Shown: positions 26,396 through 36,443 of the stretch, in pieces
Layout: each line of letters opens with the position of its first letter
Position numbering within the stretch: position 1 is the stretch's first letter
NCBI GenBank assembly: GCA_040380025.1
Contig: JBEIJY010000020.1
Location: 1 to 41,972, forward strand
DNA: 41,972 nt
Origin: Bdellovibrionales bacterium
GTDB taxonomy: Bacteria; Bdellovibrionota; UBA1018; CAIMNF01
Direction: 5' to 3'
Translations under genes and position numbers: made by a program
Notes under the pieces: model-generated
Databases searched by the model: none
What the model was told of the DNA's origin: nothing
What the model saw: the letters and a program-made list of their open reading frames with translations, nothing else

Positions 26396-27922
26396 TCACG
26401 CTGAATCCGACCCCGCGAGCCGGTTCAGGATGGCGGGAATCAGCGGTTCGTCGGGCCTCAGGATCGGTTGCATCTCGAAGATCATCCGCGCAAGCTCTGT
26501 CCGCGGAACCGCGGGCAGGCCGCGCCGGTCGATCAGCTTTTCGAGATACCGGAGCGTGCGATCGACGAGCTTCCCGTTGCTCGCCCGCACCCAGGTCATG
26601 ACATTTCCCTCGTAGCGATCCAGCCTGCCCATGACGAGCAGGGAATGGGTGTTCAAAAGAATCTTCACCAGAATTTGCTCTCCGATCGGATCGAGAATCA
26701 GATCGGACTGCAGTCGCAGATCGAAGTCATCGGTTTTGACCTCGAGTTCGCCCAGCCGATGGTGTCCGTCCATGCGCAAAATCTTTTGGGTACGCGGATG
26801 CACCCGCTCCTTGCGTCGCTGGGTCGCCTCGCGTCCAAAATCAAACTCCAGAATCGACGAAACCCCGAGCGGTGCGGGAAGCCCCGGCCATTCGAGGCCG
26901 ATCGGATCGCGTCCCAGAATCCGTCGCCAGGAGTCCCGGGGGGTATGGGCGTCGGGGATCGAAAGGTAACAGAGCGAGCAAAGACCCGCGTGGTCGTTTG
27001 ATTTTTCGAACGGAGTCAGGCTGAAGGTGGGTGAGCGCTCGGTGGTGTCGGTCAAGACGGCGATCGGGTAGGTGGAGGTCTGGTACAACACTGTGGCATC
27101 GTGCCGGTAGGCGTCCGATTCCCACTCGATCATGGGCACCAAAAAAGAGGCGAGATCGAGCTTCGGGTATTCATCTAAAAACTGGTCGGCAAGAAAGAAG
27201 TTTTTGCTGATCGCCATCCCGACCGCGAGCATTTGCGCGGTGGCGGCCTGAAGCCGGGTGCTTCCCGAAAGCGCCATGTGCCCGACCGGAAGACAGAGCG
27301 AGTTCACGCGCGGGTTTTCGATGGCATTTCTGCTGCGCTCGATGGTCTGGCAGAGAATCTCGCGCGGGTTGCAATACACGAACCAGGGCTTGCGGCGGGA
27401 GCGCGCGAGCGCGCCTTCGAGCGTGCCGAGCACATACGGGGTCTCGCCGCCCTCGGTGATCGCGATCAGAAGATCCTGCTCCCCGAATCCGAGATCCTGC
27501 AGGTGGCGTTTGCCGTATTCGGGAAAATCCTCGAAGTTCTCGACCGACTTCACGAGCGCGAAATCTCCGCCCGCCATCAGCGCCTGAACGCGATGCTCAT
27601 AGATCGTTCCCGCATGGATGGCGCGGAACACCGATTCCAGGGCGAGTGCCAGGCGCCCGGTGGCGCCACACCCCGAGAGGAACACGCGGTGTCCCGAGTC
27701 GAGGGTTTCGTGGATTTCGGCCGAGAGAATGCGAATCAGCGGCAAAGCCTCTTTCACGCAGTCAAAAACGCGAAGATCGATGGTGCGCAGGATCTCCACC
27801 GCGCTTTCGGGGTCGGTTTTCGCCAAATCAGAAAGCGATTCCGTTGCGGGATGAAATCCCTCCGTAGGAAGATGTCCGAGCGAGAAATACTCCGCAGATC
27901 GAAGAAAGTCTTCAAGTTGCAT
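26396..27922 (-). CDS. SIS-domain protein, MurQ/glucokinase-regulator-like
   Basis: GCGATGRLA, MAGGDFAL..SVENFED, GSTRLQAATAQ, GNVMTWVRASNGKLVDR; start taken at MQLEDF. Confidence 0.8.
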   Translation of the reverse strand: MQLEDFLRSAEYFSLGHLPTEGFHPATESLSDLAKTDPESAVEILRTIDLRVFDCVKEALPLIRILSAEIHETLDSGHRVFLSGCGATGRLALALESVFRAIHAGTIYEHRVQALMAGGDFALVKSVENFEDFPEYGKRHLQDLGFGEQDLLIAITEGGETPYVLGTLEGALARSRRKPWFVYCNPREILCQTIERSRNAIENPRVNSLCLPVGHMALSGSTRLQAATAQMLAVGMAISKNFFLADQFLDEYPKLDLASFLVPMIEWESDAYRHDATVLYQTSTYPIAVLTDTTERSPTFSLTPFEKSNDHAGLCSLCYLSIPDAHTPRDSWRRILGRDPIGLEWPGLPAPLGVSSILEFDFGREATQRRKERVHPRTQKILRMDGHHRLGELEVKTDDFDLRLQSDLILDPIGEQILVKILLNTHSLLVMGRLDRYEGNVMTWVRASNGKLVDRTLRYLEKLIDRRGLPAVPRTELARMIFEMQPILRPDEPLIPAILNRLAGSDSA

Positions 27923-27951
27923 GCAGGGCGGGTCCAGTGTACACCGATTCC

Positions 27952-29265
27952 ATGTCAAAAACCAAGCTCGCCCTGCTTGTTTTCATTCTGGCTTTCGGGG
28001 TGAACGGCCTAGCATTTTTATTCTCGAAGAAGTCCTTCACGATCGATGAGGTCAAAAGCGTCTGGATCTACGAACTGCCGCTGACCCCGTCGCCGCTCGA
28101 CGCGTATGCCGCGCTCGATCTGGGCCCGCACCAGGGCGTCGTGGGAACCCTCTTCGCCCCGAATCACATGGGCTCGGGTGAGCCGCTGTCGCTTCTGCTG
28201 GCCGAGGAGTGGGGGTGGAACGCAAAGGAGCGGTTGCTCCGGGTGCGTCTGAAGCCTGATCTTCGGTATCAGAATGGAGATTCGGTGCGGGCCGGGGATT
28301 TTGTCGGGCTTAGGGAATACCTGAAGCAAAAAGGATTCGGATTCGGAAAGTCCCCTCTTTGGACGGCGTGGTTGAATTCCACGCTCGAAACGGCCTCTGA
28401 TGCCGAGCTTCAATACCGGTTTGATGCCTCCGCGGGTGCAGAATTCGACCTCGAGGCGTTTTTGTCAGAAGTTCTGACCCATCCGCTGGCGGGTGCGATT
28501 CACCCCTCGAACCTCGATGCGATCCGGAATGGCACAAGTTCCGGCAAAACCTGGATCTCCTCCGGGCCCTACAAGATCCGCAAATGGAACCCGAAAGAAA
28601 TCGTGATCGTGAGCCGCGATGATTTTCCGGTGCGGTTGCCCTCGCCGTTCTTCCGCACGCTCAAATACCAAAGCGCTCCCGTGAAGAATCCGGCATGTGA
28701 CTTCTTGCTCGGGCAGGAGGGCGAGGAGGATGTGCTCCGTGAGCACTCCTCGCAGTCGACCACGCTTGAGCTCTCGGTATTCTGGATTTGCCGCTCCTTT
28801 CGTGGCGAGGGCATTTGTGCCGACCCGGTGGCCCGGGCCGGCATCGAAAAGGCGCTCTCGGCGGAACCTGCTCCCGACACCTCGCTTTCAGGCAAACTTG
28901 TTCGCTTCCGGATTCCGGTCGGATCCGAGACGTTCCGGAACGGCATTCGCGATCAGATCCGCGAAAAGCTGACGAAGGCCGGAGCAAAAGTCGAAGAGAC
29001 CTCGTATTTCTTCAAGAACTCGAAGGATACCGATCTGGAGCTCCAGTTCGTGGTGACCCCGGCGGGATCTCCCGACCGGAAGGCCCTCGCGATGGAACTC
29101 GGCGCGATTTCGACCCGACTCGGCCCGGAAGCGCTCGGGCAGCCCTCGCTCATGGGAGAAGTGACGAGTTTTCCGCTTCGAGTGTTCATGAAGAAAATGA
29201 AGGGCGGCATGTTCGGGAAGGTTTTCCTTGAGCCCGACCTTGAGCAAAAGACCCTTCGATTGTAG
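27952..29265 (+). CDS. ABC substrate-binding family 5-like protein (divergent)
   Basis: LLAEEW...RLKPDLRYQNGDSVRAGD and SSGPYKI match SBP_bac_5 motifs; no permease nearby. Confidence 0.65.
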   Translation: MSKTKLALLVFILAFGVNGLAFLFSKKSFTIDEVKSVWIYELPLTPSPLDAYAALDLGPHQGVVGTLFAPNHMGSGEPLSLLLAEEWGWNAKERLLRVRLKPDLRYQNGDSVRAGDFVGLREYLKQKGFGFGKSPLWTAWLNSTLETASDAELQYRFDASAGAEFDLEAFLSEVLTHPLAGAIHPSNLDAIRNGTSSGKTWISSGPYKIRKWNPKEIVIVSRDDFPVRLPSPFFRTLKYQSAPVKNPACDFLLGQEGEEDVLREHSSQSTTLELSVFWICRSFRGEGICADPVARAGIEKALSAEPAPDTSLSGKLVRFRIPVGSETFRNGIRDQIREKLTKAGAKVEETSYFFKNSKDTDLELQFVVTPAGSPDRKALAMELGAISTRLGPEALGQPSLMGEVTSFPLRVFMKKMKGGMFGKVFLEPDLEQKTLRL

Positions 29266-29276
29266 GATCAGGGGCG

Positions 29277-30155
29277 ATGAGACTCCTTCTACTGCTGAGC
29301 CTGATCCTTGTTTGGTGTCCTGCAATTTTCGCGGCCGAAAAAAGCGAGAAGAAAGAAGCAGAGCCGGTCGATCTTGAAATCGTCGGCAGGATTTATCCGA
29401 TCGACGGTGCTCCGGCGAGATGCCGCGGGATTCTGAAGGGGGATGCGTGTGCCGAGGCGCCCTTCGGCACCTTTCATGTGGTTTCCCGCAAAGAAGGGGA
29501 TGCGCACACCTCGGTCACCACCTTCACCGGGCCTGACGGAGTCCAGGTGACGGAAACCTCGACCGAAAAAAACGGACGCGTCCAGAAGGCCGTGGCCGAA
29601 AATCTCGCGCTCCAAAAGCGATTCGAACTCGAGGTCCGCGACGGGAAAGTCCGCTACCGCATGACCGATCTGGTCGACGGATCAGTCAAGACCGCGGTGG
29701 ACGAGGCCGAAGAGAACCTCGTCGTCCCCTCGACCGTGATGTCGTATGTTTCACCGCGCTTCGCGGAGCTCGAGGCGGGGAAGGAAGTTCCTCTTAAAAT
29801 TGCCGTGTTCGAGCGTTTGGATTCCTACGGGTTTGTCATGCGAAAACTCAAGATGGAAACCGCCTCGGACGGGTCTCCGATCATGGTGCTCGAGATGAAG
29901 CCCACGAGTTTTCTTGTGCGCGCGCTCGTGGACCCGATGTATTTTCATGTGAAAACCAAAACCGGAGAGCTCACCGCGTATGAGGGGCGTTCGGCCCTGC
30001 GCCGCAAAGAAGCCGGAAAATTCCGCGAGATCAACGTGCGAACCGCTTACGAATACAAGGTGAACCGATTTTCGGGCGCGAATGTCAGCCAGAATTGTAC
30101 GATCAATGAACCGGTGCCCGGAATGGGCGGGAAGTGCGAGGTAAAGGCCCAATGA
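29277..30155 (+). CDS. Secreted hypothetical protein
   Basis: 292 aa with signal peptide, beta-rich; coupled to tal. Confidence 0.75.
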   Translation: MRLLLLLSLILVWCPAIFAAEKSEKKEAEPVDLEIVGRIYPIDGAPARCRGILKGDACAEAPFGTFHVVSRKEGDAHTSVTTFTGPDGVQVTETSTEKNGRVQKAVAENLALQKRFELEVRDGKVRYRMTDLVDGSVKTAVDEAEENLVVPSTVMSYVSPRFAELEAGKEVPLKIAVFERLDSYGFVMRKLKMETASDGSPIMVLEMKPTSFLVRALVDPMYFHVKTKTGELTAYEGRSALRRKEAGKFREINVRTAYEYKVNRFSGANVSQNCTINEPVPGMGGKCEVKAQ

Positions 30156-30871
30156 AAACGAAACGACACTACAGCATCAAGATTTTCTCGGACGGAGCGG
30201 AAAAAGACCAGTTGCTCAAGATGAACCGGAATCCCTTGGTGAGCGGGATGACGACCAACCCCTCGCTCATGAAAAAAGCCGGGGTCTCGGATTACCGCGC
30301 GTTTTGCAAGGAAGTGCTCTCGGAGATCACCCAAAAGCCCCTTTCGTTCGAAGTGTTTGCCGATGATTTCGCGACCATGGAGCGCCAGGCTCGCGAGATC
30401 GCGACCTGGGGCCGGAATGTGTACGTGAAGATCCCGATCCAGAACAGCAAGGGCGAGTCCGCGATTCCCCTCGTCCGGACGCTGACCCGCGCCGGGATCA
30501 AGCTGAACGTGACGGCGATTTACACCGTCAAGCAAACCATCGAGGCCTGTCAGGCGCTCGAAGGCGGTGCGCCCTCGATCGTCTCGATTTTTGCCGGTCG
30601 CGCGGCCGATCTCGGCCATGATCCGGTCCCGACCCTGACCGCGGCGGCCGAGGTGTGCGCGGCCTACGGCGGCGAGATCGAGAGCCTCTGGGCCTCGACC
30701 CGCGAGGTGTACAACATCCTTCAGGCCGAGCAGTGCGGGATCAAGATCATCACGGTTCCGTTCGACGTGCTCGCGAAACTCGACTCGGGGTTCAAGACCC
30801 TCGAAGAGCTGAGCCTCGACACCGTGCTGACCTTCAAAAAAGACTCCGAGTCGGCCGGATTTCAGCTCTGA
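30152..30871 (+). CDS. tal: Transaldolase (short type)
   Basis: IFSDGA, TTNPSL, VYVKIP, NVTA, SIFAGR, WASTRE. Confidence 0.92.
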   Translation: MKTKRHYSIKIFSDGAEKDQLLKMNRNPLVSGMTTNPSLMKKAGVSDYRAFCKEVLSEITQKPLSFEVFADDFATMERQAREIATWGRNVYVKIPIQNSKGESAIPLVRTLTRAGIKLNVTAIYTVKQTIEACQALEGGAPSIVSIFAGRAADLGHDPVPTLTAAAEVCAAYGGEIESLWASTREVYNILQAEQCGIKIITVPFDVLAKLDSGFKTLEELSLDTVLTFKKDSESAGFQL

Positions 30872-30946
30872 ATCGCCTCAATCCCGAGCATTGAAACTTC
30901 GGCCCGTTCGCTAGGAAAACCCCGAAGCCTGTGCTAGCGTTCGGGC

Positions 30947-32494
30947 ATGAGTCAAGATTCTTCCCGTTTGTCCGAGCAGGAGCTCGTCCGTCGCGAAAAA
31001 CTCGAAAAACTGAAAACCGCCGGGATCCATCCGTATCCTGAGCGCTTTGCGCTGACCCATGAGCTCGAAGTCGCGCGAACCCTGCCCGATGGCACGATCG
31101 GCGTGCGCGTGGCCGGACGGATCACCGCGATTCGCCGGATGGGCAAGCTCAGCTTCATCACGATCCAGGACCTGAAGGGCAAGCTCCAGCTCTGCATGAA
31201 GATCGACGACGTGGGCGAGGCGAAGTACCAGCAGTATGTTGATTTTGTCGACATCGGCGATTTTTTCGGTGCCGAGGGCGAGATGTTCACCACCCGCGTG
31301 GGCGAGAAGACGCTTCAGGTGAAGGAGTACGCGTTTCTCGGAAAATGCCTGCGGCCTCTTCCAGAAAAATTCCACGGACTCCAGGACGTGGAAATCAAGT
31401 ACCGCCAGCGCTATCTCGATTTGATCACCTCCGAAGAAACCAGGAAGCGCTTTTTGCTTCGTTCGTCGATCGTGCGCGAGATGCGGAATTTCTTCGAGTC
31501 CGAGGGATTCATCGAGGTCGAGACGGCGAGCCTTCAGCCCAATGCCTCGGGCGCGCTCGCCCGGCCCTTCCAGACCCATCACAACGCGCTCGATATCGAT
31601 CTTTACCTTCGGATCGCACCCGAGACCTACCTGAAGCGCCTGATCGTGGGCGGGTTCCATCATGTGTTCGAGTTCGCCCGTTGCTACCGGAACGAGGGCA
31701 TCAGCCCGAATCATCTGCAGGAATTCACGATGGTCGAGGGGTACTCGGCCTATTGGAATTACAAAGACAACATGAATTTCATGAGGCGCCTGTTCCAAGC
31801 GGTGTTTCAGAAGACTCTGGGCACCCTCAAGGTGACCGTGGGCGGAGTCGAGGTCGATTTCGGCGGAGAATGGAGCACCGTGACTTTCCGTGATTTGATT
31901 TTGAAGGACTCCGGCATCGACATCGAGTCGTTCCGCACGGCGCCCGAGCTCCTTTCGGCCATCAAGGACAAACGCATTGATCTTGAGGAGGAGCATCCCG
32001 AGAAGCTCGGCCGCGGGAACCTGATCGACATTCTTTACAAAAAAGTGAGCCGTCCGAAGATGATCGGGCCGACCTTCCTGACCGAGCACCCGATCGATCT
32101 TTCGCCGCTCGCCCGCGCGAACGACAAGAGGCCCGATCTGACCGATCGCTTTCAGCTCGTCGTGAACGGAGTCGAGATCGTGAATGCGTACTCGGAGCTC
32201 GTGGACCCGATCGAGCAGATGAAGCGTCTCGAAGAGCAGGCAAAGCTCAATGCCGGCGGTGACGAAGACGCGATGGTGATGGACGAAGACTACGTGCAGT
32301 CGATGGAATACGGCATGCCGCCGATTTCGGGCTGGGGGATCGGAATCGATCGCCTGGTGCAGTTCGTGACCGACTCCGAGAACATCAAGGACTGCGTGCT
32401 CTTCCCGCTCACACGCAAGGCGCAAGGAGCAAAGAACGAGCAATCGCCCGAAGAAGCGGGCGCCGAGCAGGATGATTTTCAGCCCAAAATTTAA
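30947..32494 (+). CDS. lysS: Lysine--tRNA ligase (class II)
   Basis: RQRYLDL, YLRIAPETYLKRL, YRNEG, YGMPP..GWGIGIDRL. Confidence 0.98.
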   Translation: MSQDSSRLSEQELVRREKLEKLKTAGIHPYPERFALTHELEVARTLPDGTIGVRVAGRITAIRRMGKLSFITIQDLKGKLQLCMKIDDVGEAKYQQYVDFVDIGDFFGAEGEMFTTRVGEKTLQVKEYAFLGKCLRPLPEKFHGLQDVEIKYRQRYLDLITSEETRKRFLLRSSIVREMRNFFESEGFIEVETASLQPNASGALARPFQTHHNALDIDLYLRIAPETYLKRLIVGGFHHVFEFARCYRNEGISPNHLQEFTMVEGYSAYWNYKDNMNFMRRLFQAVFQKTLGTLKVTVGGVEVDFGGEWSTVTFRDLILKDSGIDIESFRTAPELLSAIKDKRIDLEEEHPEKLGRGNLIDILYKKVSRPKMIGPTFLTEHPIDLSPLARANDKRPDLTDRFQLVVNGVEIVNAYSELVDPIEQMKRLEEQAKLNAGGDEDAMVMDEDYVQSMEYGMPPISGWGIGIDRLVQFVTDSENIKDCVLFPLTRKAQGAKNEQSPEEAGAEQDDFQPKI

Positions 32495-32511
32495 AGATCA
32501 AGGAATCCACC

Positions 32512-33882
32512 ATGAAAACAGCAATCATCGGAACCGGGTATGTGGGACTCACGACAGGAGTGGCTTTGGCCTATCTTGGCCACGAGGTGACCTGCCTTGA
32601 TGTCGATCCTGCCAAGATCGAGGGGCTCCGGAAGGGCAAATCCCCGATCTATGAACCGCACCTCGATGAGCTGATGGGGCTTGCCGCAAAGAACCTGAAG
32701 TTCACGCTCGATGCCCAAGAGGCGCTTCGCGATGCCGAAGTCGTGTTCATCGCGGTCGGAACGCCTTCGCTTCCGGACGGAAATCCCGATCTCCGATTTT
32801 TGAAATCCGCGGCCGAAGCGATCGGGCACGGAATTTCGGCCCCCTACGTGGTGATCGTGAACAAGTCGACCGTGCCGATCGGAAGCGGAAACTGGGTCGA
32901 GAGCCTGGTGCGCGATGCGTATCGCGAACGGAATCCGGCCTCGAAATCCTCGTTCGTCGTGGCCTCGAACCCCGAATTCCTGCGCGAGGGCTCGGCCCTC
33001 TCGGACATGCTGTACGCCGATCGCGTCGTTGTAGGAGCAGATGATTCGCGCGCCCTCGAGGTGCTTCGCAGGTTGTATCAGCCGCTCCTCGAGCAGACCT
33101 TCGAGGCGCCTTCGTTTTTGCCGAGGCCCGAGGGCTTCCGCGCGGTTCACTTTCTTTCGAGCGATCTGCAGTCGGCCGAGCTGATCAAATACGCCGCAAA
33201 TGCCTTCCTCGCGCTCAAGGTCTCGTTCATCAACGAGATCTCGGAGCTTTCTGAAAAAGTCGGCGCCGACATTCATCATGTCGCTCGCGGAATCGGGCTC
33301 GATTCGCGGATCGGGAACCGCTTCTTGCAACCCGGGATCGGGTGGGGCGGATCGTGCTTCGGGAAGGATACGGCGGCCTTGATTTCGACCGGCCGCGAGT
33401 ACGGCCTTTCGATGCCGATCACGCAGGCCGCGCGCGAGGTGAACTTCCGCCAGCGTGCGCGCGTGGTGGAGATTCTCATGAACGAGCTCAAGATCTTGAA
33501 GGGCCGGAAGATCGGGATATTGGGGCTTTCGTTCAAGCCCTTCACCGATGATCTTCGCGATGCGCCCGCGCTCGAGATCGCAAACCGCCTGATCGAGCGC
33601 GGTGCCAAGGTGGTCGGATATGATCCGATCTCGATGGAGCGGGCGAAACGCGAATGGTCCGGTTCGGGCATGGTGTTCGCGGCCGATGCCGAGTCGGTGT
33701 TCAGCGAATCGGACGCGGTCGTGCTCGTCACCGAGTGGCCGGAGTTCAAGGCGCTTCCATTCGAGTCCTGCATTTCGGCGATGCGCACGAAGCTCGTTCT
33801 GGACGGTCGCGGTCATTTCGATGGAGCCCGGATTCAATCCGCCGGTGCGCGCTTCATCGCACTCGGGAAGTCCTCACGATGA
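32512..33882 (+). CDS. ugd: UDP-glucose 6-dehydrogenase
   Basis: GTGYVG, KSTVP, NPEFLREG, GGSCFGKD, FKPFTDD. Confidence 0.95.
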   Translation: MKTAIIGTGYVGLTTGVALAYLGHEVTCLDVDPAKIEGLRKGKSPIYEPHLDELMGLAAKNLKFTLDAQEALRDAEVVFIAVGTPSLPDGNPDLRFLKSAAEAIGHGISAPYVVIVNKSTVPIGSGNWVESLVRDAYRERNPASKSSFVVASNPEFLREGSALSDMLYADRVVVGADDSRALEVLRRLYQPLLEQTFEAPSFLPRPEGFRAVHFLSSDLQSAELIKYAANAFLALKVSFINEISELSEKVGADIHHVARGIGLDSRIGNRFLQPGIGWGGSCFGKDTAALISTGREYGLSMPITQAAREVNFRQRARVVEILMNELKILKGRKIGILGLSFKPFTDDLRDAPALEIANRLIERGAKVVGYDPISMERAKREWSGSGMVFAADAESVFSESDAVVLVTEWPEFKALPFESCISAMRTKLVLDGRGHFDGARIQSAGARFIALGKSSR

Positions 33883-34823
33883 AAAAAAAGGTTCTGCTGA
33901 CCGGGGCCGCGGGATTTGTCGGAAGCCATCTGGCCGAGCGGCTTTTGGCCGAAGGCTTTGCGGTGACCGGGGTCGATAATCTGTGCACCGGCCGCAAAAA
34001 GAATCTCGAGACCTTCCGGGATCATCCGGATTTTTCGTTCCTCGAGGCCGATGTGATCGAGGATCTGCCCGCTGAGGTCTGCAACACCCGCTGGGACTGG
34101 GTGATGCACTTCGCGTCTCCGGCTTCTCCGCCGAAGTATTTCGCCCTGCCGCTCGAGACCATGCGGGTGAACAGCGAGGCGACCCGGAAGCTATTGGAGA
34201 TTTGCCGCCGCCAGGGCGCACGCTTTTTTTATGCCTCGACCTCGGAGGTGTATGGCGATCCGCTGGTCCATCCCCAGCCGGAGTCGTATTGGGGGAATGT
34301 GAACCCGATCGGCGTGCGTTCGATTTACGACGAGGCCAAGCGCTACGGCGAGGCAATGACGTATTCGTATCAACGCACGCACGGGGTCGATGTGCGGGTG
34401 ATCCGCATCTTCAACACCTATGGCCCGCGGATGGACCCCGAAGACGGACGCGTGGTCACGAATTTGATGTTCCAGGCCCTGCGCGGCGAGCCCATGACGA
34501 TTTACGGCGACGGGCTCCAGACCCGGAGCTTTCAGTATGTTTCGGATCTGGTCGAGGGAGTCGTGCGGCTCATGGCCTCGAACCACACCGGACCGGTGAA
34601 CCTCGGAAACCCGGGCGAGTTCACGATTCTCGCCTTTGCCGATGTGGTGAAGCGCCTCGTTCGGACGAAAAGCGAGCTTCGGTTCGAGCCGCTTCCGTCG
34701 GATGATCCGAAGCAGAGAAAGCCCGAGATCTCGCTCGCCCGAAGCCTCCTGCAGTGGGAACCCCGGGTGGATCTCGAGGCGGGGCTAGCGCTCACGCTCG
34801 GGTTCTTCCGCGATCACGAGTAA
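33879..34823 (+). CDS. uxs: UDP-glucuronate decarboxylase (UDP-xylose synthase)
   Basis: GAAGFVG, ASPASP, STSEVYGDP, YDEAKR, RIFNTYGPRM; start at MKKKV overlapping the ugd stop. Confidence 0.93.
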   Translation: MKKKVLLTGAAGFVGSHLAERLLAEGFAVTGVDNLCTGRKKNLETFRDHPDFSFLEADVIEDLPAEVCNTRWDWVMHFASPASPPKYFALPLETMRVNSEATRKLLEICRRQGARFFYASTSEVYGDPLVHPQPESYWGNVNPIGVRSIYDEAKRYGEAMTYSYQRTHGVDVRVIRIFNTYGPRMDPEDGRVVTNLMFQALRGEPMTIYGDGLQTRSFQYVSDLVEGVVRLMASNHTGPVNLGNPGEFTILAFADVVKRLVRTKSELRFEPLPSDDPKQRKPEISLARSLLQWEPRVDLEAGLALTLGFFRDHE

Positions 34824-35018
34824 GCTGCCCCCTTTGATTGTGCTTTTGCGCCATGCGCGCACGCCCAAGGGGTGGGAATGATTTAGTTTTTGCCTCCGAG
34901 CCGGGTCCTCCGGCCTCGCTTTCGCCATCCTGGCTCGCGAGAGTCGGCAAGAACTAAATCATTCCCACCCCTTGGGCGTGCGCGCATGGCGCAAAAGCAC
35001 AATCAAAGGGGGCAGTTT
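34822..35018 (-). repeat. PAL-4: ~200-bp palindromic element (core on minus strand)
   Basis: Arms 34822-34894 and 34946-35018 (2 mismatches); core 34895-34945 is 49/51 identical to the PAL-1 core. Confidence 0.95.
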
Positions 35019-35022
35019 GATC

Positions 35023-36399
35023 TCATTTACGCTGGTAATCGTCCTGATACCGGACAATGTCGTCTTCGCCGAAATACGTCCCGACTTGCACCTCGACGAA
35101 TTCCACCACCTCGGTGCCCGGATTCCGGATCCGGTGCTTCGCGCCGACCGGGATGTAAATCGATTCCCCGGGCTTCAGCCGGTGGATCACATCGTTCAGC
35201 ACCACCTCGGGCGTACCCCGGATGATCACCCAGTGCTCGGCGCGCTTGGCGTGACTTTGGTACGAGAGTTGCTGCCCGGGATTCACGTGGATGACCTTCG
35301 ATTTGAAGGCATCGGTGTCGCGCAACACCTCGAATTTTCCCCACGGACGGAACTCGAACGGATGCTCGTTCGCGCGCACGTCTTTGGTTTCGTTCAGGCG
35401 ATCGACGACTTGCTTCACTTTTTGGGTCGAATCCTTGCGCGCAACCAGAATGGCATCGGCCGTGTCGACGACCACAAGATCATGGGCATCGACAAAGGCC
35501 ACCATGCGTCCTTGGGTCGAGAAGGCGAAGTTGTCTTTCGAGTCCACGCTGATGTGCCCGGTGCTCTCGCGGAGCTTTGCGATCTCGCCCCAGGATCCGA
35601 CATCGCTCCAACCGAGATCGCAGGGAATGCACACCTGATCGCGGAGTTTTTCCATCACACCGTAGTCGATGCTCTGCGAGGGGCAGCGCGCGTAGATTTC
35701 GTCGAGATTCGAGAGATCAGGGCGAAGGGCGTCGATGGCGCCCCAGATCTCGGGAAGAAATGCCTGCAGATGCCGGATCATCGTTGCGACCTCGAACAGG
35801 AACATGCCGCCGTTCCAGTAAAAGTTGCCCGAGGCGATGAATTCCTCGGCCGTTTGCTCGCTCGGTTTCTCGCGGAACCCGAGGGTCTTTTGCGCGCGAA
35901 GCCCCGAGGCTTCGGCGAAGGTCTCGCCCGAGACCTCGATGTAGCCGAATCCGGTGGCGGGGTAGGCGGGTTTGATGCCGATCGTGACGACCTGGCCCTG
36001 TCGGGCACACTGCACCCCGAGGGCGATCGCGCTCTGAAACGCGCTCTCGTTTTGAATAAGATGGTCGCTCGGAAAAATCCCGACCACATCGGATGCCCGG
36101 CCCTTCTGTTCGAGCACCTTGCAAAGGAGCGCGATCGCGGGAGCGGTGTTGTTCGCCTTCGGCTCGTAGAGCGCTTGGGTGACGGGGACTCCGGCGGTCC
36201 GCATGGCGGACTCGGTCAGGACCTTGAGGGCGGAGTTCGTGACCACCCAGGGGGAGCCGGTCGGCTTCAGCCGGTTCAGGGTCTTGGTAAAGAGAGATTC
36301 GTCGAAGATCTCGCAGAATTGTTTGGGGAAGCGGGTGCGCGAGACGGGCCAGAGGCGGGTGCCGCTGCCGCCCGAGAGGATGACGGGGGTGAAGTTCAT
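35023..36399 (-). CDS. manC: Mannose-1-phosphate guanylyltransferase / mannose-6-phosphate isomerase
   Basis: ILSGGSGTRLWPVSR..PKQF, SIDYGVME, WSDVGSW and C-terminal cupin RPWG...GEDDIVR; start at MNFTPV. Confidence 0.96.
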   Translation of the reverse strand: MNFTPVILSGGSGTRLWPVSRTRFPKQFCEIFDESLFTKTLNRLKPTGSPWVVTNSALKVLTESAMRTAGVPVTQALYEPKANNTAPAIALLCKVLEQKGRASDVVGIFPSDHLIQNESAFQSAIALGVQCARQGQVVTIGIKPAYPATGFGYIEVSGETFAEASGLRAQKTLGFREKPSEQTAEEFIASGNFYWNGGMFLFEVATMIRHLQAFLPEIWGAIDALRPDLSNLDEIYARCPSQSIDYGVMEKLRDQVCIPCDLGWSDVGSWGEIAKLRESTGHISVDSKDNFAFSTQGRMVAFVDAHDLVVVDTADAILVARKDSTQKVKQVVDRLNETKDVRANEHPFEFRPWGKFEVLRDTDAFKSKVIHVNPGQQLSYQSHAKRAEHWVIIRGTPEVVLNDVIHRLKPGESIYIPVGAKHRIRNPGTEVVEFVEVQVGTYFGEDDIVRYQDDYQRK

Positions 36400-36443
36400 G
36401 ATGCGGGGAGTTTCGCAAAAACGGGGCTGATTTGCAAACCCCC

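Noticed and set aside
34822..35018. PALs as simple intrinsic terminators
   Set aside because: Stems are about 73 bp with no U-tract, and three copies lie between divergent genes.
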